DNA from: an uncultured Caldimicrobium sp.
GTDB lineage: Bacteria > Desulfobacterota > Thermodesulfobacteria > Thermodesulfobacteriales > Thermodesulfobacteriaceae
DNA length: 32,000 bases
NCBI GenBank assembly: GCA_964493015.1
Contig: CAZBLU010000001.1
Location: forward strand, 28,645-60,644
Reading direction: 5' to 3'
The first letter of the stretch is position 1, and each line of letters begins with the position of its first letter. The translations under genes and the position numbers were made by a program. The notes under the pieces were generated by a model, which saw only the letters and a list, made by a program, of their open reading frames with translations, was not told the DNA's origin and did no database searches. Shown one piece after another: positions 1 through 8,214 of the stretch.

Positions 1-110
1 ATCTTCCTCTCTGCATAAGTAAGATAGGCTACATGTGTAAGTGAAACAAGAAGGAGAATAAGACCTGAAACGGCCACAAGAACTGGCCCTTGTAAAAGGG
101 TAATATCCAT
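1..110 (-). CDS. nuoH: NADH-quinone oxidoreductase subunit H, N-terminal fragment (continues beyond window)
   Basis: My translation from the ATG at 110 gives MDITLLQGPVLVAVSGLILLLVSLTHVAYLTYAERK. The hydrophobic helix followed by Y.T.AERK is typical of NuoH/ND1 N-termini. A G-rich Shine-Dalgarno (AGGGAGGGGGG on the minus strand) lies at about 115-125. The gene sits 42 nt downstream of nuoD. Confidence 0.75.
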   Translation of the reverse strand, partial: MDITLLQGPVLVAVSGLILLLVSLTHVAYLTYAERK

Positions 111-152
111 CAAGCCCCCCTCCCTAAATATCAAAATACAACTCTCTATTTC

Positions 153-1385
153 TTACCTATCACAGTCTCCTAAAACCACATCCAAAGTCCCAATTATAGC
201 AATAAGGTCTGCTATTAAATGTCCCTTCGCTAAGCTTGGTATAGCAGATATGTGCACAAATGATGGTGTTCTAATCCTAAGTCTCCAGGGTTTATTCGTG
301 CCATCACTCACCACATAGACTGCAAGTTCGCCCTTTGGAGATTCGATACTGGCAAAGGCCTCCCCTGGTGGAACTGGGAACACTTCCCTTCCCGTAAAAA
401 TAAAACCTTTTTTAGGATGAGGTTTTGGCTCTGGCTCTCTCATTCTCTCAGGGATAAGAAGATCAGGAGCATCCTCAGCTATAATAGGCTCACCCTCAGT
501 CTCAGGAAGCTTTTCTAAACACTGTTTAATTATCCTATTAGACTGCCGCATCTCCATCATTCTAACACGATAACGGTCATAGACATCCCCCCGCTCCCCC
601 ACAGGCACCTCAAATTCTACTTCATCGTATGCATCATATGGTCTAAACTTTCTCACATCATAGGGAACTCCAGAACCTCTTAAGACAGGTCCTGTTAAAC
701 CCAAGTTTATAGCCTCTTCAGCAGAGACCACAGCTATACCCTTGGTCCTTTCAAGCCAAATTCTATTCACATCAATTAAGGTCTCATACTCTAAAATCAA
801 TTGAGGGAACTCCTCGGTAAATTTTTTTAGGCTCTCTATGGCTTCTTGGGTGAAATCCTGTCTCACTCCACCTACTCGAACATAACTATGAGTTAGTCTT
901 GCCCCGCAGATCTCTTCAAAAATATTAAGAAGCCTTTCACGCTCACGAAAACAATATAGAAAAACAGTCATAGCCCCTATATCAAGAGCATGGGTGGCAA
1001 GCCAGAGGAGATGGCTTGATATACGGGCCATCTCATTCACTATAGTTCTCAAAAGCCTTGCCCTTCTTGGCACCTTTAGCCCAAAGAGCTTCTCAAAGGC
1101 TAAACAAAAGACCGTATTATTGGCTGCAGAGGCAATGTAATCTAAACGATCACTGAGCACAATGGTCTGATTATAGTTCAGATTTTCCGCAAGCTTTTCC
1201 ACACCTCGATGTAAATAGCCAATACGGGGATCACACCCCACTATGGTCTCACCATCAAGTTCAAGGACAAGCCTCAAAACTCCGTGCGTTGAAGGATGCT
1301 GAGGCCCAAGATTAAGATAAAAGGGCTCTTCATACTGGTCAGAGTTTACCCTCTTTGGCCTTACTTCAATTAGGGAAGAACTCAT
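153..1385 (-). CDS. nuoD: NADH-quinone oxidoreductase subunit D (49-kDa subunit)
   Basis: 410-aa ORF with [14 protein letters not shown] near the N-terminus and a C-terminal ...[12 protein letters not shown], both hallmarks of NuoD/NiFe-hydrogenase-large-subunit-like proteins. It overlaps nuoC by 4 nt. Confidence 0.95.
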   Translation of the reverse strand: MSSSLIEVRPKRVNSDQYEEPFYLNLGPQHPSTHGVLRLVLELDGETIVGCDPRIGYLHRGVEKLAENLNYNQTIVLSDRLDYIASAANNTVFCLAFEKLFGLKVPRRARLLRTIVNEMARISSHLLWLATHALDIGAMTVFLYCFRERERLLNIFEEICGARLTHSYVRVGGVRQDFTQEAIESLKKFTEEFPQLILEYETLIDVNRIWLERTKGIAVVSAEEAINLGLTGPVLRGSGVPYDVRKFRPYDAYDEVEFEVPVGERGDVYDRYRVRMMEMRQSNRIIKQCLEKLPETEGEPIIAEDAPDLLIPERMREPEPKPHPKKGFIFTGREVFPVPPGEAFASIESPKGELAVYVVSDGTNKPWRLRIRTPSFVHISAIPSLAKGHLIADLIAIIGTLDVVLGDCDR

Positions 1386-1918
1386 CTGGCACCCCTGGCT
1401 TTAGTCTTAAGCTCCCTATACACCTTCCATTCTCTCTCCTCTTCAAGTTGCAAGGGATAGTCTTTTCGCAAGGGAAAGCCTTCCCAATCTTCAGGCATAA
1501 GGATCCTTCTTAAATCTGGATGTCCCTTAAAGACAATCCCAAACATGTCATAGCACTCTCTTTCAAACCAATTAGCGGTCTTCCAAAGGGAAGTTAGAGA
1601 GTATTGCCAACAGTCCTTCTCTGGAATGGGCACTTTTACCCTTAAGAGCTCCTTTCGGGAAATACTATAGAGATGATAAACCACTTCAAAGCGTTCAGGC
1701 TTTGCTTCAAGCTTATAATTTAGGTAGTCCACACCACAGAGATCAATAAGATGATTAAAGCCTTCTCCCTTGAGAAATTGCATTATCTCTAAAAAACCCT
1801 CCCTTTTAACTGTTAAGGTCGTAGTATCTCCCTCTCTTAGGTCCAAAATATAACGAGGAAACTTTTCTTTTAAGTTTTTTAATAGGGTTTCCATATCTAT
1901 TTTCTCCAAAATCCCCAT
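1382..1918 (-). CDS. nuoC: NADH-quinone oxidoreductase subunit C (30-kDa subunit)
   Basis: 178-aa ORF with the NuoC-family core ...[29 protein letters not shown]. An alternative ATG at 1894 (METLLKNL...) has a better-spaced GGAG, so the 5' end is uncertain by 24 nt. Confidence 0.9.
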   Translation of the reverse strand: MGILEKIDMETLLKNLKEKFPRYILDLREGDTTTLTVKREGFLEIMQFLKGEGFNHLIDLCGVDYLNYKLEAKPERFEVVYHLYSISRKELLRVKVPIPEKDCWQYSLTSLWKTANWFERECYDMFGIVFKGHPDLRRILMPEDWEGFPLRKDYPLQLEEEREWKVYRELKTKARGAR

Positions 1919-2415
1919 CTACCTGTTTCTCTCTTCATTTTTTCTTGTAACTGAAGAAGGGCATAAATTAGAGCCTCAGGCCTTGGGGGACAGCCTGGCA
2001 AATAGATATCCACAGGCAAAAACTCATCTACTCCCTGCACCGTTGAATAGGTCCTAAAGATCCCTCCAGAACAGGCACAACTTCCCATAGCAATAACATA
2101 TTTTGGCTCTGCCATTTGTTCATAGACCCTCTTTATCATAGGAGCCATCTTTTTAGTAACTGTACCAGCCACAATAAGACAATCAGCCTGTCTTGGTGAG
2201 GCCCTAAAGATGATACCAAAACGGTCAAGATCAAAGTGACTGGCCCCTGTAGCCATCATCTCAATGGCACAGCAGGCAAGACCAAAGGTCATAGGCCAAA
2301 TAGAAGAAGCCCTGGCCCAGTTAAAAATCTTATCTATAGGGGTAATAAAGGCAGGTGTCCCCGGTATCTGCCTAACAGAGGGAGCAATCTCAATAGTGGA
2401 CTTCTCTACTCCCAC
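1897..2415 (-). CDS. nuoB: NADH-quinone oxidoreductase subunit B (PSST, cluster N2)
   Basis: 172 aa with the conserved cysteine motifs [17 protein letters not shown] and LPGCPPRPE. Confidence 0.95.
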   Translation of the reverse strand: MGVEKSTIEIAPSVRQIPGTPAFITPIDKIFNWARASSIWPMTFGLACCAIEMMATGASHFDLDRFGIIFRASPRQADCLIVAGTVTKKMAPMIKRVYEQMAEPKYVIAMGSCACSGGIFRTYSTVQGVDEFLPVDIYLPGCPPRPEALIYALLQLQEKMKRETGRWGFWRK

Positions 2416-2759
2416 TTCAAGCCTCCTTCACTAAGGGCATAAAGATAGGCTGCAAAAAGCATAACTACAAAGATGAAAATCTCCACAAAACCAAACCAAG
2501 ACAATTCCTCAAAGACTACAGCCCAAGGATAAAGGAAAACTACTTCTACATCAAAGATAAGAAATATAAGGGCTATAAGATAGAACTTTACCTTAAAGGG
2601 CCCTTTAGTATCCCCAGAGGGATCTATTCCACACTCATAGGCAATCAACTTTTCAGGAAAGGGCTTTCTTATGGCAATAAGTCTGTTAGCCAAAAGCATA
2701 GAAAGCCCAATGACCAATACCAACCCAGCAAAAATTAGTAAAGGCAAAAGACCGCCCAT
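2406..2759 (-). CDS. nuoA: NADH-quinone oxidoreductase subunit A
   Basis: 117 aa with three hydrophobic helices and the NuoA/ND3 pattern YECGIDP ... [22 protein letters not shown]. It overlaps nuoB by 10 nt. Confidence 0.9.
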   Translation of the reverse strand: MGGLLPLLIFAGLVLVIGLSMLLANRLIAIRKPFPEKLIAYECGIDPSGDTKGPFKVKFYLIALIFLIFDVEVVFLYPWAVVFEELSWFGFVEIFIFVVMLFAAYLYALSEGGLKWE

Positions 2760-2765
2760 CTTCCC

Positions 2766-3179
2766 TTACTCCTTGGCCTTCAATTCTTTTATCTCTAAGG
2801 CCTTATTCGGGCAGGCAGAGACACAATAGGGTAACTCCCCCCTTTCTACCCGTTGAAAACAAAGATCACACTTCCCTATGGTCCCAGTATTAAAATTAAA
2901 ACGCGGAACCCCCCAGGGACAGGCCTCAATACAATTTTTACAGCCTACACAGAGATTTTGATAGAAGGCCACTATTTCTCCCTTCTTAGCCAAAGCAAAA
3001 ACTGGACAGGCAGCTGCACACTGAGGTTTCTTACACTGCAAACAGGAAAAATACGCAAATTTAGAACCTACCTTGAAAATTCGACAGTTGGACAAACCCT
3101 GGTGATTTTCTCCACAGACCTTAACACATTCCTCACAGCCTGTGCAATTTTCAACAATATGAACAATGGTGTAATTCAT
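2766..3179 (-). CDS. Four-cluster [4Fe-4S] ferredoxin-like protein of the DmsB/PsrB/NrfC/HybA type, with no signal peptide
   Basis: Four complete cysteine groups are present: CTGCEECVKVC, CLQCKKPQCAAACP, CVGCKNCIEACP and CDLCFQRVERGELPYCVSACP (16 Cys). I prefer the ATG at 3179 (MNYTIVH...) over the TTG at 3215 in the ORF track. The stop lies 6 nt before the nuoA start. Confidence 0.8.
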   Translation of the reverse strand: MNYTIVHIVENCTGCEECVKVCGENHQGLSNCRIFKVGSKFAYFSCLQCKKPQCAAACPVFALAKKGEIVAFYQNLCVGCKNCIEACPWGVPRFNFNTGTIGKCDLCFQRVERGELPYCVSACPNKALEIKELKAKE

Positions 3180-3304
3180 ATCAACCTTTTTTAAAAGACT
3201 AAGCAAAATAGTCAAATTTTATTTAAAAAGGTTTTAAGGCTTTATGAAGAATTTTTACTAAAACTGTATAATTTTTCCCCATTTTTTATTTAAAAACAAG
3301 TTTT

Positions 3305-3991
3305 TTAGGGCTTTATAAATATATGAATTATTCCTTGCTCATCCTGATGCACGCCGCAGATGCCCTCAAAAACTAAAAAAAGAAGGGCTAAGAAAAAATA
3401 GACCTTTTCCAGAAGGTCAGCAAAATTAAATATTTTGCTTAGCTCCTCCCAAGTGGTCACAGGGTGGACTTTCAAAAAACTCTTTAGCCTTTCCAGGTAT
3501 TCTTCAATTGATGGGGTATCCAAATTTAAGGTAAGAGTGGGTTCTTGCTTAATCCTTTCTAAAAGGTCTAAGAGAGCTTTAATTAGCTGTGAAGGATCGC
3601 CTTTTCCCTCCTGTCTGTCAGGCACAGTAACCCCATTAACCTTGGGCAGAAAGATCTTTTCATTTAAAAGCCTCTCCAGAGGTAAAGCTTGATACCAAAA
3701 AAAGGCACGTTCCCTGAGATAATCTTTCCCTGTTACCTCCTCTTCAACTATTGGTGGAGGTAAATTCAAAAGGAGATTACTCTTAATATAGAGACCATAG
3801 GAGAGCTTGCTCAGAATTTCTAAAAAGAGTTCGCTAAAATATATCTTTGGTTCTAAAGTTAAAAAACTTTTCACTTGCTCCATGAGCGCATAAAGACTAA
3901 TGCTTAAGAGATCCTCTTTTCGATAGTGAAGGACCTTCCTTAGATGTTCAAAGGTTTCAAGTAAACCCCGGGAACTTTCTAAATGTTCCAT
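3305..3991 (-). CDS. Divergent ScpA-like (segregation and condensation protein A / kleisin) candidate
   Basis: 228 aa. The pattern ...ISLYALMEQVKSFL...ELFLEILSKLSYGLYIKSNLLLNLPPP resembles the ScpA N-domain (..ItEQYl.yl...eyLvmAa.L..iKS..LLP). The C-terminal ...VYFFLALLFLVFEGICGVHQDEQGIIHIFI resembles the ScpA winged-helix tail (vtFLAlLELvk.g.v...Q...fg.I.i). Similarity is judged by eye only. The start overlaps the tpi stop by 13 nt. Confidence 0.4.
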   Translation of the reverse strand: MEHLESSRGLLETFEHLRKVLHYRKEDLLSISLYALMEQVKSFLTLEPKIYFSELFLEILSKLSYGLYIKSNLLLNLPPPIVEEEVTGKDYLRERAFFWYQALPLERLLNEKIFLPKVNGVTVPDRQEGKGDPSQLIKALLDLLERIKQEPTLTLNLDTPSIEEYLERLKSFLKVHPVTTWEELSKIFNFADLLEKVYFFLALLFLVFEGICGVHQDEQGIIHIFIKP

Positions 3992-5190
3992 TTAGAGATC
4001 TGGTGCACCTTCTTAAAGCATTTATTCATAACTACCTTTATTCCTTGGCTTTCTGCTAAGGTTTTTGCCTCTTCATTTTCAATTCCCTCTTGCAACCAGA
4101 TCACCTTGGGCTTTAGTTTAAGGGCTCGCTCCACAAGAGGGAAGACCTCGCTACTTTTCCTAAAGATAATAATAACCTCTGGGGAAAAATCAGAAGGTAT
4201 ACTCTCCAAATCGGGAAAGGTCTTTTGACCTAAGATTTCAGGATAGCGTGGATTTACAGGAATTACCTGAAAGCCCTCTCTTAATAGATATTCCATCACT
4301 ATATAGCTTGGACGATCTGGTTTAGGACTTGCGCCTACTATTACTAATCTTTTGTATTTTTGAGGTATTTCTAAGATATCCTTACTCAAAGATGAATAAT
4401 CAGGAAGGCTACATCCCTTATGGCTCTCCTTTAAAACCTCAATACTTACAATTTTAAAAAATTTTTCTGGATCTAAAGAAGCTCCGCCCACAAGGACTCC
4501 ATCTACATTAGCCTTAGCCATGAGGGAGGCCACATTTTCGGGAGTAACACTTCCTCCGTAGAGGATAGGCACAGCTGAGGCTCTTTCACCAAAGAGTTTC
4601 CTCAAGCTTTCTCTAAGAAAGCTATGCACCTCCTCAGCCTGCTCAGGAGTGGCATTTTGACCTGTCCCAATAGCCCAAACAGGCTCATAGGCAATAATGA
4701 CTTTAGCTGGATCTAAATCTTTAATTCCCTCAAGGCCTCTCTCCAATTGATTTCTCACCACCTCCAAGGTCTTCCCTGCCTCTCTTTCAGGTAAGGTCTC
4801 CCCCAAGCATAAAATAGGTATAAGCCCCCACTTATAGGCCCCTGCTACTCTTTGGCTGATAAGTTCATCCTTTTCTCCAAAGATATGTCTTCTCTCCGAA
4901 TGGCCAATAATTGCATATTCCACCCTTAGCTCCCTTAACATAGGCGGAGAAATCTCTCCAGTGAAAGCCCCCTTCTCTGCATAGTGCACATTCTGCGCAG
5001 CAAGCTTTAGAGGAGTATTCTGAAGCATTTGGGATACATAGTATAACGCTGTAAAGGGGGGAGCAATAATAATAAGCCTATCTTTTAGGTCTATTTGGGG
5101 GATATATTGGAGAAATTTTTCAAAATATTCCTTTGCTTCCCTGATGGTATAGTTCATCTTCCAGTTGCCAGCAAAGATATACCTTGCCAT
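3979..5190 (-). CDS. tpiA: Triosephosphate isomerase fused to a C-terminal CoA-binding (YccU/YneT, CoA_binding_2-like) domain
   Basis: The N-terminal ~250 aa carry TIM motifs: AGNWKMN, IIGHSERR, AYEPVWAIGTG and LVGGASL. The C-terminal ~150 aa carry KRLVIVGASPKPDRPSYIV..., VIPVNPRYPEILG, EVIIIFRKSSEV and KVIWLQEGIENEEA, typical of small CoA-binding proteins. I prefer the ATG at 5190 (MARYIFAGNWKMN), with GGAGG 8 nt upstream, over the GTG at 5205. Confidence 0.9.
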   Translation of the reverse strand: MARYIFAGNWKMNYTIREAKEYFEKFLQYIPQIDLKDRLIIIAPPFTALYYVSQMLQNTPLKLAAQNVHYAEKGAFTGEISPPMLRELRVEYAIIGHSERRHIFGEKDELISQRVAGAYKWGLIPILCLGETLPEREAGKTLEVVRNQLERGLEGIKDLDPAKVIIAYEPVWAIGTGQNATPEQAEEVHSFLRESLRKLFGERASAVPILYGGSVTPENVASLMAKANVDGVLVGGASLDPEKFFKIVSIEVLKESHKGCSLPDYSSLSKDILEIPQKYKRLVIVGASPKPDRPSYIVMEYLLREGFQVIPVNPRYPEILGQKTFPDLESIPSDFSPEVIIIFRKSSEVFPLVERALKLKPKVIWLQEGIENEEAKTLAESQGIKVVMNKCFKKVHQISKWNI

Positions 5191-5209
5191 AAGAAATACC
5201 TCCACTTAC

Positions 5210-6370
5210 TTACTTTAGGGCTGCCAAACCAGGAAGTTCTTTTCCTTCTAAATATTCCAAAAAGGCGCCTCCTGCAGTAGAGGTATGAGAAAAGGCATGA
5301 AGAACACCTGCAAGCTTCAGGGCAGATAAGGTGTCTCCACCCCCTGCAATGGTGATGGCTGAGGAGCTGGCAACAACTCTGGCTATGGCAACTGTTCCAA
5401 CCTGAAAGGGGGCTTTTTCAAAATAACCAAGAGGTCCATTCCAAATAATAGTCTTAGCTCCCTCCAAGGCTGAAGAAAAGAGTTCCACCGTCTCCTCACC
5501 CAGATCATAAATCTTATCCTCCTCAGTTAGCTCATCTAAACTTACCTCGTAGACCTCACCTTCCCTTTCTATAGCCACATCAACAGGTAAATAAATCTTT
5601 ACTTCCTGTTCTTTGGCCTCCCTTAAGATCTCCTTTGCCAGCTCAAGGTAATCCTCTTCTACCTGATGGGTTCCTACTTTATAACCAAGGGCCAAAAGAA
5701 AGGTATTGGCCATAGCCCCACCGATGAAAAGTTTATCAATTTTGGGAAGCAAATTTTTTAAAACCCCAATTTTAGTGGAAACCTTGCTACCCCCCACTAT
5801 AGCATAAAAGGGCCTCTCTGGTTTAGCCATCACTCGGGTAAGATATTTTAGTTCCTTTTCGGTGAGAAAGCCTATCCCTTTTTCCTTTACAAGATTAGGA
5901 AGCCCTACTACTGAGGCATGGGCTCTGTGGCATACAGAAAAGGCATCATTTATATAGACATCGGCAAATCTGGCTAAAGACTTCGCAAATTCTGGATCGT
6001 TTTTGGTCTCCCCTTCATAAAACCTTATATTTTCAAGGAGAAGGACCTCCCCCTCTTGTAACTTAGAAAGTGCCCTCTCTGCCTCTTCTCCTAAAGGATC
6101 TTCTAAAAACTTGACTGGACTTTTAATCTTGTTCTTTAAGTATTCATATACAGGCTTTAAAGATAATTCGGGAACTTTCTTCCCTTTTGGTCTTCCCAGA
6201 TGAGAACAAAGGATTACTTTTGCCCCTGAATTTAGGGCATATTCAATAGTGGGTAGGGCCTCCACAATTCTCGTATCATCAAGGATAACCCCCTTTTCTA
6301 AGGGTACATTGAAGTCCACTCTTAGGAAAACTTTCTTACCCTTTAGGACAATATCTCTAATACTCTTCAT
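5210..6370 (-). CDS. pgk: Phosphoglycerate kinase
   Basis: 386 aa with LRVDFNVP near the N-terminus, CSHLGRPKG, and C-terminal ...GGGDT...STAGGAFLEYLEGKELPG. A GGAGGGTG SD precedes the ATG at 6370. Confidence 0.95.
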   Translation of the reverse strand: MKSIRDIVLKGKKVFLRVDFNVPLEKGVILDDTRIVEALPTIEYALNSGAKVILCSHLGRPKGKKVPELSLKPVYEYLKNKIKSPVKFLEDPLGEEAERALSKLQEGEVLLLENIRFYEGETKNDPEFAKSLARFADVYINDAFSVCHRAHASVVGLPNLVKEKGIGFLTEKELKYLTRVMAKPERPFYAIVGGSKVSTKIGVLKNLLPKIDKLFIGGAMANTFLLALGYKVGTHQVEEDYLELAKEILREAKEQEVKIYLPVDVAIEREGEVYEVSLDELTEEDKIYDLGEETVELFSSALEGAKTIIWNGPLGYFEKAPFQVGTVAIARVVASSSAITIAGGGDTLSALKLAGVLHAFSHTSTAGGAFLEYLEGKELPGLAALK

Positions 6371-6445
6371 CCCACACCCTCCATGTTATTTATTTTTTTA
6401 AATATTACTATAATATATCTACTAAATAACGCATATTCTATGCAG

Positions 6446-6468
6446 TTTCTACTTCAATTTCTACTTCA
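6446..6468. repeat. Tandem direct repeat TTTCTACTTCA-a-TTTCTACTTCA
   Basis: Read directly: copies at 6446-6456 and 6458-6468 are identical 11-mers separated by one A. They lie inside the 336-nt ribH/pgk spacer. Confidence 0.85.
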
Positions 6469-6706
6469 TCTGCTGTTTCCTTTGGAGCGTAGCCCACCAA
6501 TAGAGCTTACCTCTTCTACCTAATATAAATCTATTACTCTTTCAATTCAGTCAAAAAATCCTCTTGATAGGAATAGTCTTTTATTACGGAAAAATACAGT
6601 CCCCATTTTTTCGCTTGAGGTTGATCTAACCAAGTAAACATACCTTCATAATCACCATCTAAACCCAAGTCAAAGGCAATCCAAAAATTTTTTATTTAGG
6701 CCTCTT

Positions 6707-7186
6707 TTAAAAGTTTGAGATCTTTTTCAACAGATTAACTACTTCTATAGCGGTATAGGCTGCTTCGGCTCCTTTGTTGCCAGCTTTAGTGCCAGCCCTT
6801 TCAATAGCCTGCTCAATGGTATCGGTAGTAAGAATACCAAAGATTATAGGAACTTCTGTCTCCAACATAACCTGGGCAATACCTTTTGAAGCCTCTGCTG
6901 CTACGTATTCAAAATGAGGGGTCGCCCCCCTGATGATAGCACCCAAACAAATCACTGCATCAAACTTGCCAGATCTGGCAAGTTTTTTAGCTACCAGGGG
7001 TATTTCAAAGGCGCCAGGCACCCAGGCTACCGAAATATTTTTCTCATCAACCTGATGGCGCCTCAAGACATCTAATGCACCCTCTAAAAGTTTTTGCGTA
7101 ATAAAAATATTAAAACGACTTACCACCAGAGCAATCCTTAGATCCTTCCCTTCAAAATAACCTTCAAGTATCTGACAATTAAACAT
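6707..7186 (-). CDS. ribH: 6,7-dimethyl-8-ribityllumazine synthase
   Basis: 159 aa with ...[10 protein letters not shown]..., [26 protein letters not shown] and GNKGAEAA, the classic lumazine synthase pattern. Confidence 0.95.
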   Translation of the reverse strand: MFNCQILEGYFEGKDLRIALVVSRFNIFITQKLLEGALDVLRRHQVDEKNISVAWVPGAFEIPLVAKKLARSGKFDAVICLGAIIRGATPHFEYVAAEASKGIAQVMLETEVPIIFGILTTDTIEQAIERAGTKAGNKGAEAAYTAIEVVNLLKKISNF

Positions 7187-7211
7187 CCAACCACCCCCAG
7201 TTTCGTATCAC

Positions 7212-7526
7212 CTATTTTTTTGGACTTTCAGAGTAAACTATAATCTTTTCTCCCTCTCTTATATAGCCTAATTTAGTGCGTATAAATTCCTCATAGGCCT
7301 CATTTGAACTCTGAAATCTCTTGATCTCCGAGCGCAATATCTGATTATTAAGGCGCTGTTTCTCTAATTCTCCCGATTCCTTTTTCACCAGCCAGCTAAG
7401 CAGAAAGTAAAGACTGAGAGTAAAAAAGATTAAAAAAGTAAGAATAACCAGGAAATATCTCTTTAACCTCTTCTTTTTTTTCTTCCTTTGATAAGGCTTT
7501 ATTATAATCTGTGGTTGCTTTTTCAT
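7212..7526 (-). CDS. ftsB: Septum formation initiator family protein (FtsB/DivIC-like)
   Basis: 104 aa with a basic N-terminus (KKKKKRLKR), one TM helix, a coiled-coil segment (ELEKQRLNNQILRSEIKRFQ) and a C-terminal ...EEFIRTKLGYIREGEKII typical of FtsB/DivIC. Confidence 0.75.
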   Translation of the reverse strand: MKKQPQIIIKPYQRKKKKKRLKRYFLVILTFLIFFTLSLYFLLSWLVKKESGELEKQRLNNQILRSEIKRFQSSNEAYEEFIRTKLGYIREGEKIIVYSESPKK

Positions 7527-7527
7527 C

Positions 7528-8214
7528 TCACCACCATTGCCAGGGTGAGGCTTCTTTAGCAGGGAGAGGCTGATATCTTACCTCGGGCCTTATAGCCTCC
7601 CTTTGGATAGGACTTACTTGAGGTATATTATATCCAGGTGGCGGTGGTGGAGGTGGAATCTCTACTTTTATTTTCAAAGGCTCTTCTTTTTTAGGGAAGA
7701 GTCTTGAAATTAAAGGCAAAGGATTTAATCGAGAGAAAAAGGATGGTCTGTCTTCTCCCTTGAAAGAGGACAAAACCAAGCGCGGGGGATTCTCTACGGG
7801 TTTATTTATGGCAGGTGAACTTTGCATTAAGGTCTTCCTTAGCCTTTCTACTTCTTGTCCAAGGGTGGTCCAAAAGTGTTCTGGAGGAACTTCTTTTACA
7901 CTGGTCCACATTGACCTTCCAGTCTCCACCTCCTGAAGATTAAGCTCTATCCTAACCCTCTCAGCAGAGAGGAAATTTATCCTACTTTGTAAGACCTTAG
8001 AAAATTTCTCTTTATGAGGAAGGTCTGTAGATACAAAAAGGATTTCGCTGGTGATATTCAACTGATTTTGTAAAAATTGATATACTGACCTTTGAAGATA
8101 CCCGTATTCCCTTTCAGGAGTAATCTCAGGCGGTAGGACCCCTATAGGATAAGTGGAGGCTGAGAAGCTTAGTTGCCACCAACTTAAGATCAGAAAAAAA
8201 AGTATCTTTAGCAC
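7528..8214 (-). CDS. Hypothetical secreted protein with a poly-proline tract
   Basis: 228 aa with an N-terminal signal-like peptide MLKILFFLILSWWQLSFSAS, a PPPPPPP run and a W-rich C-terminus (SPWQWW). I recognise no family. It overlaps the ppsA stop by 7 nt and ends 1 nt before the ftsB ATG. Confidence 0.6.
   Translation of the reverse strand: MLKILFFLILSWWQLSFSASTYPIGVLPPEITPEREYGYLQRSVYQFLQNQLNITSEILFVSTDLPHKEKFSKVLQSRINFLSAERVRIELNLQEVETGRSMWTSVKEVPPEHFWTTLGQEVERLRKTLMQSSPAINKPVENPPRLVLSSFKGEDRPSFFSRLNPLPLISRLFPKKEEPLKIKVEIPPPPPPPGYNIPQVSPIQREAIRPEVRYQPLPAKEASPWQWW

Noticed and set aside
2236-3194. Plus-strand ORFs 2236-2442 and 2853-3194, antisense to nuoB/nuoA and the FeS gene.
   Set aside because: They lie entirely inside well-supported minus-strand genes. 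Their products are low-complexity and lack an SD or recognisable motifs. This is typical shadow-ORF behaviour opposite real genes.
5190-5212. Possible PGK-TIM fusion by frameshift or readthrough, as in Thermotoga.
   Set aside because: pgk ends in a clean TAA followed by another in-frame TAA two codons later. tpi has its own GGAGG SD and ATG 19 nt downstream. I see no slippery sequence.
3435-5280. Plus-strand ORFs 3435-3692, 3983-4228 and 5095-5280, antisense to scpA-like, tpi and the pgk/tpi junction.
   Set aside because: These are shadow ORFs of confidently called genes, with no independent signals.
7187-7211. FMN riboswitch upstream of ribH.
   Set aside because: Only 25 nt separate ribH from ftsB, far too short for an FMN element. 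ribH appears to be co-transcribed with the upstream genes.
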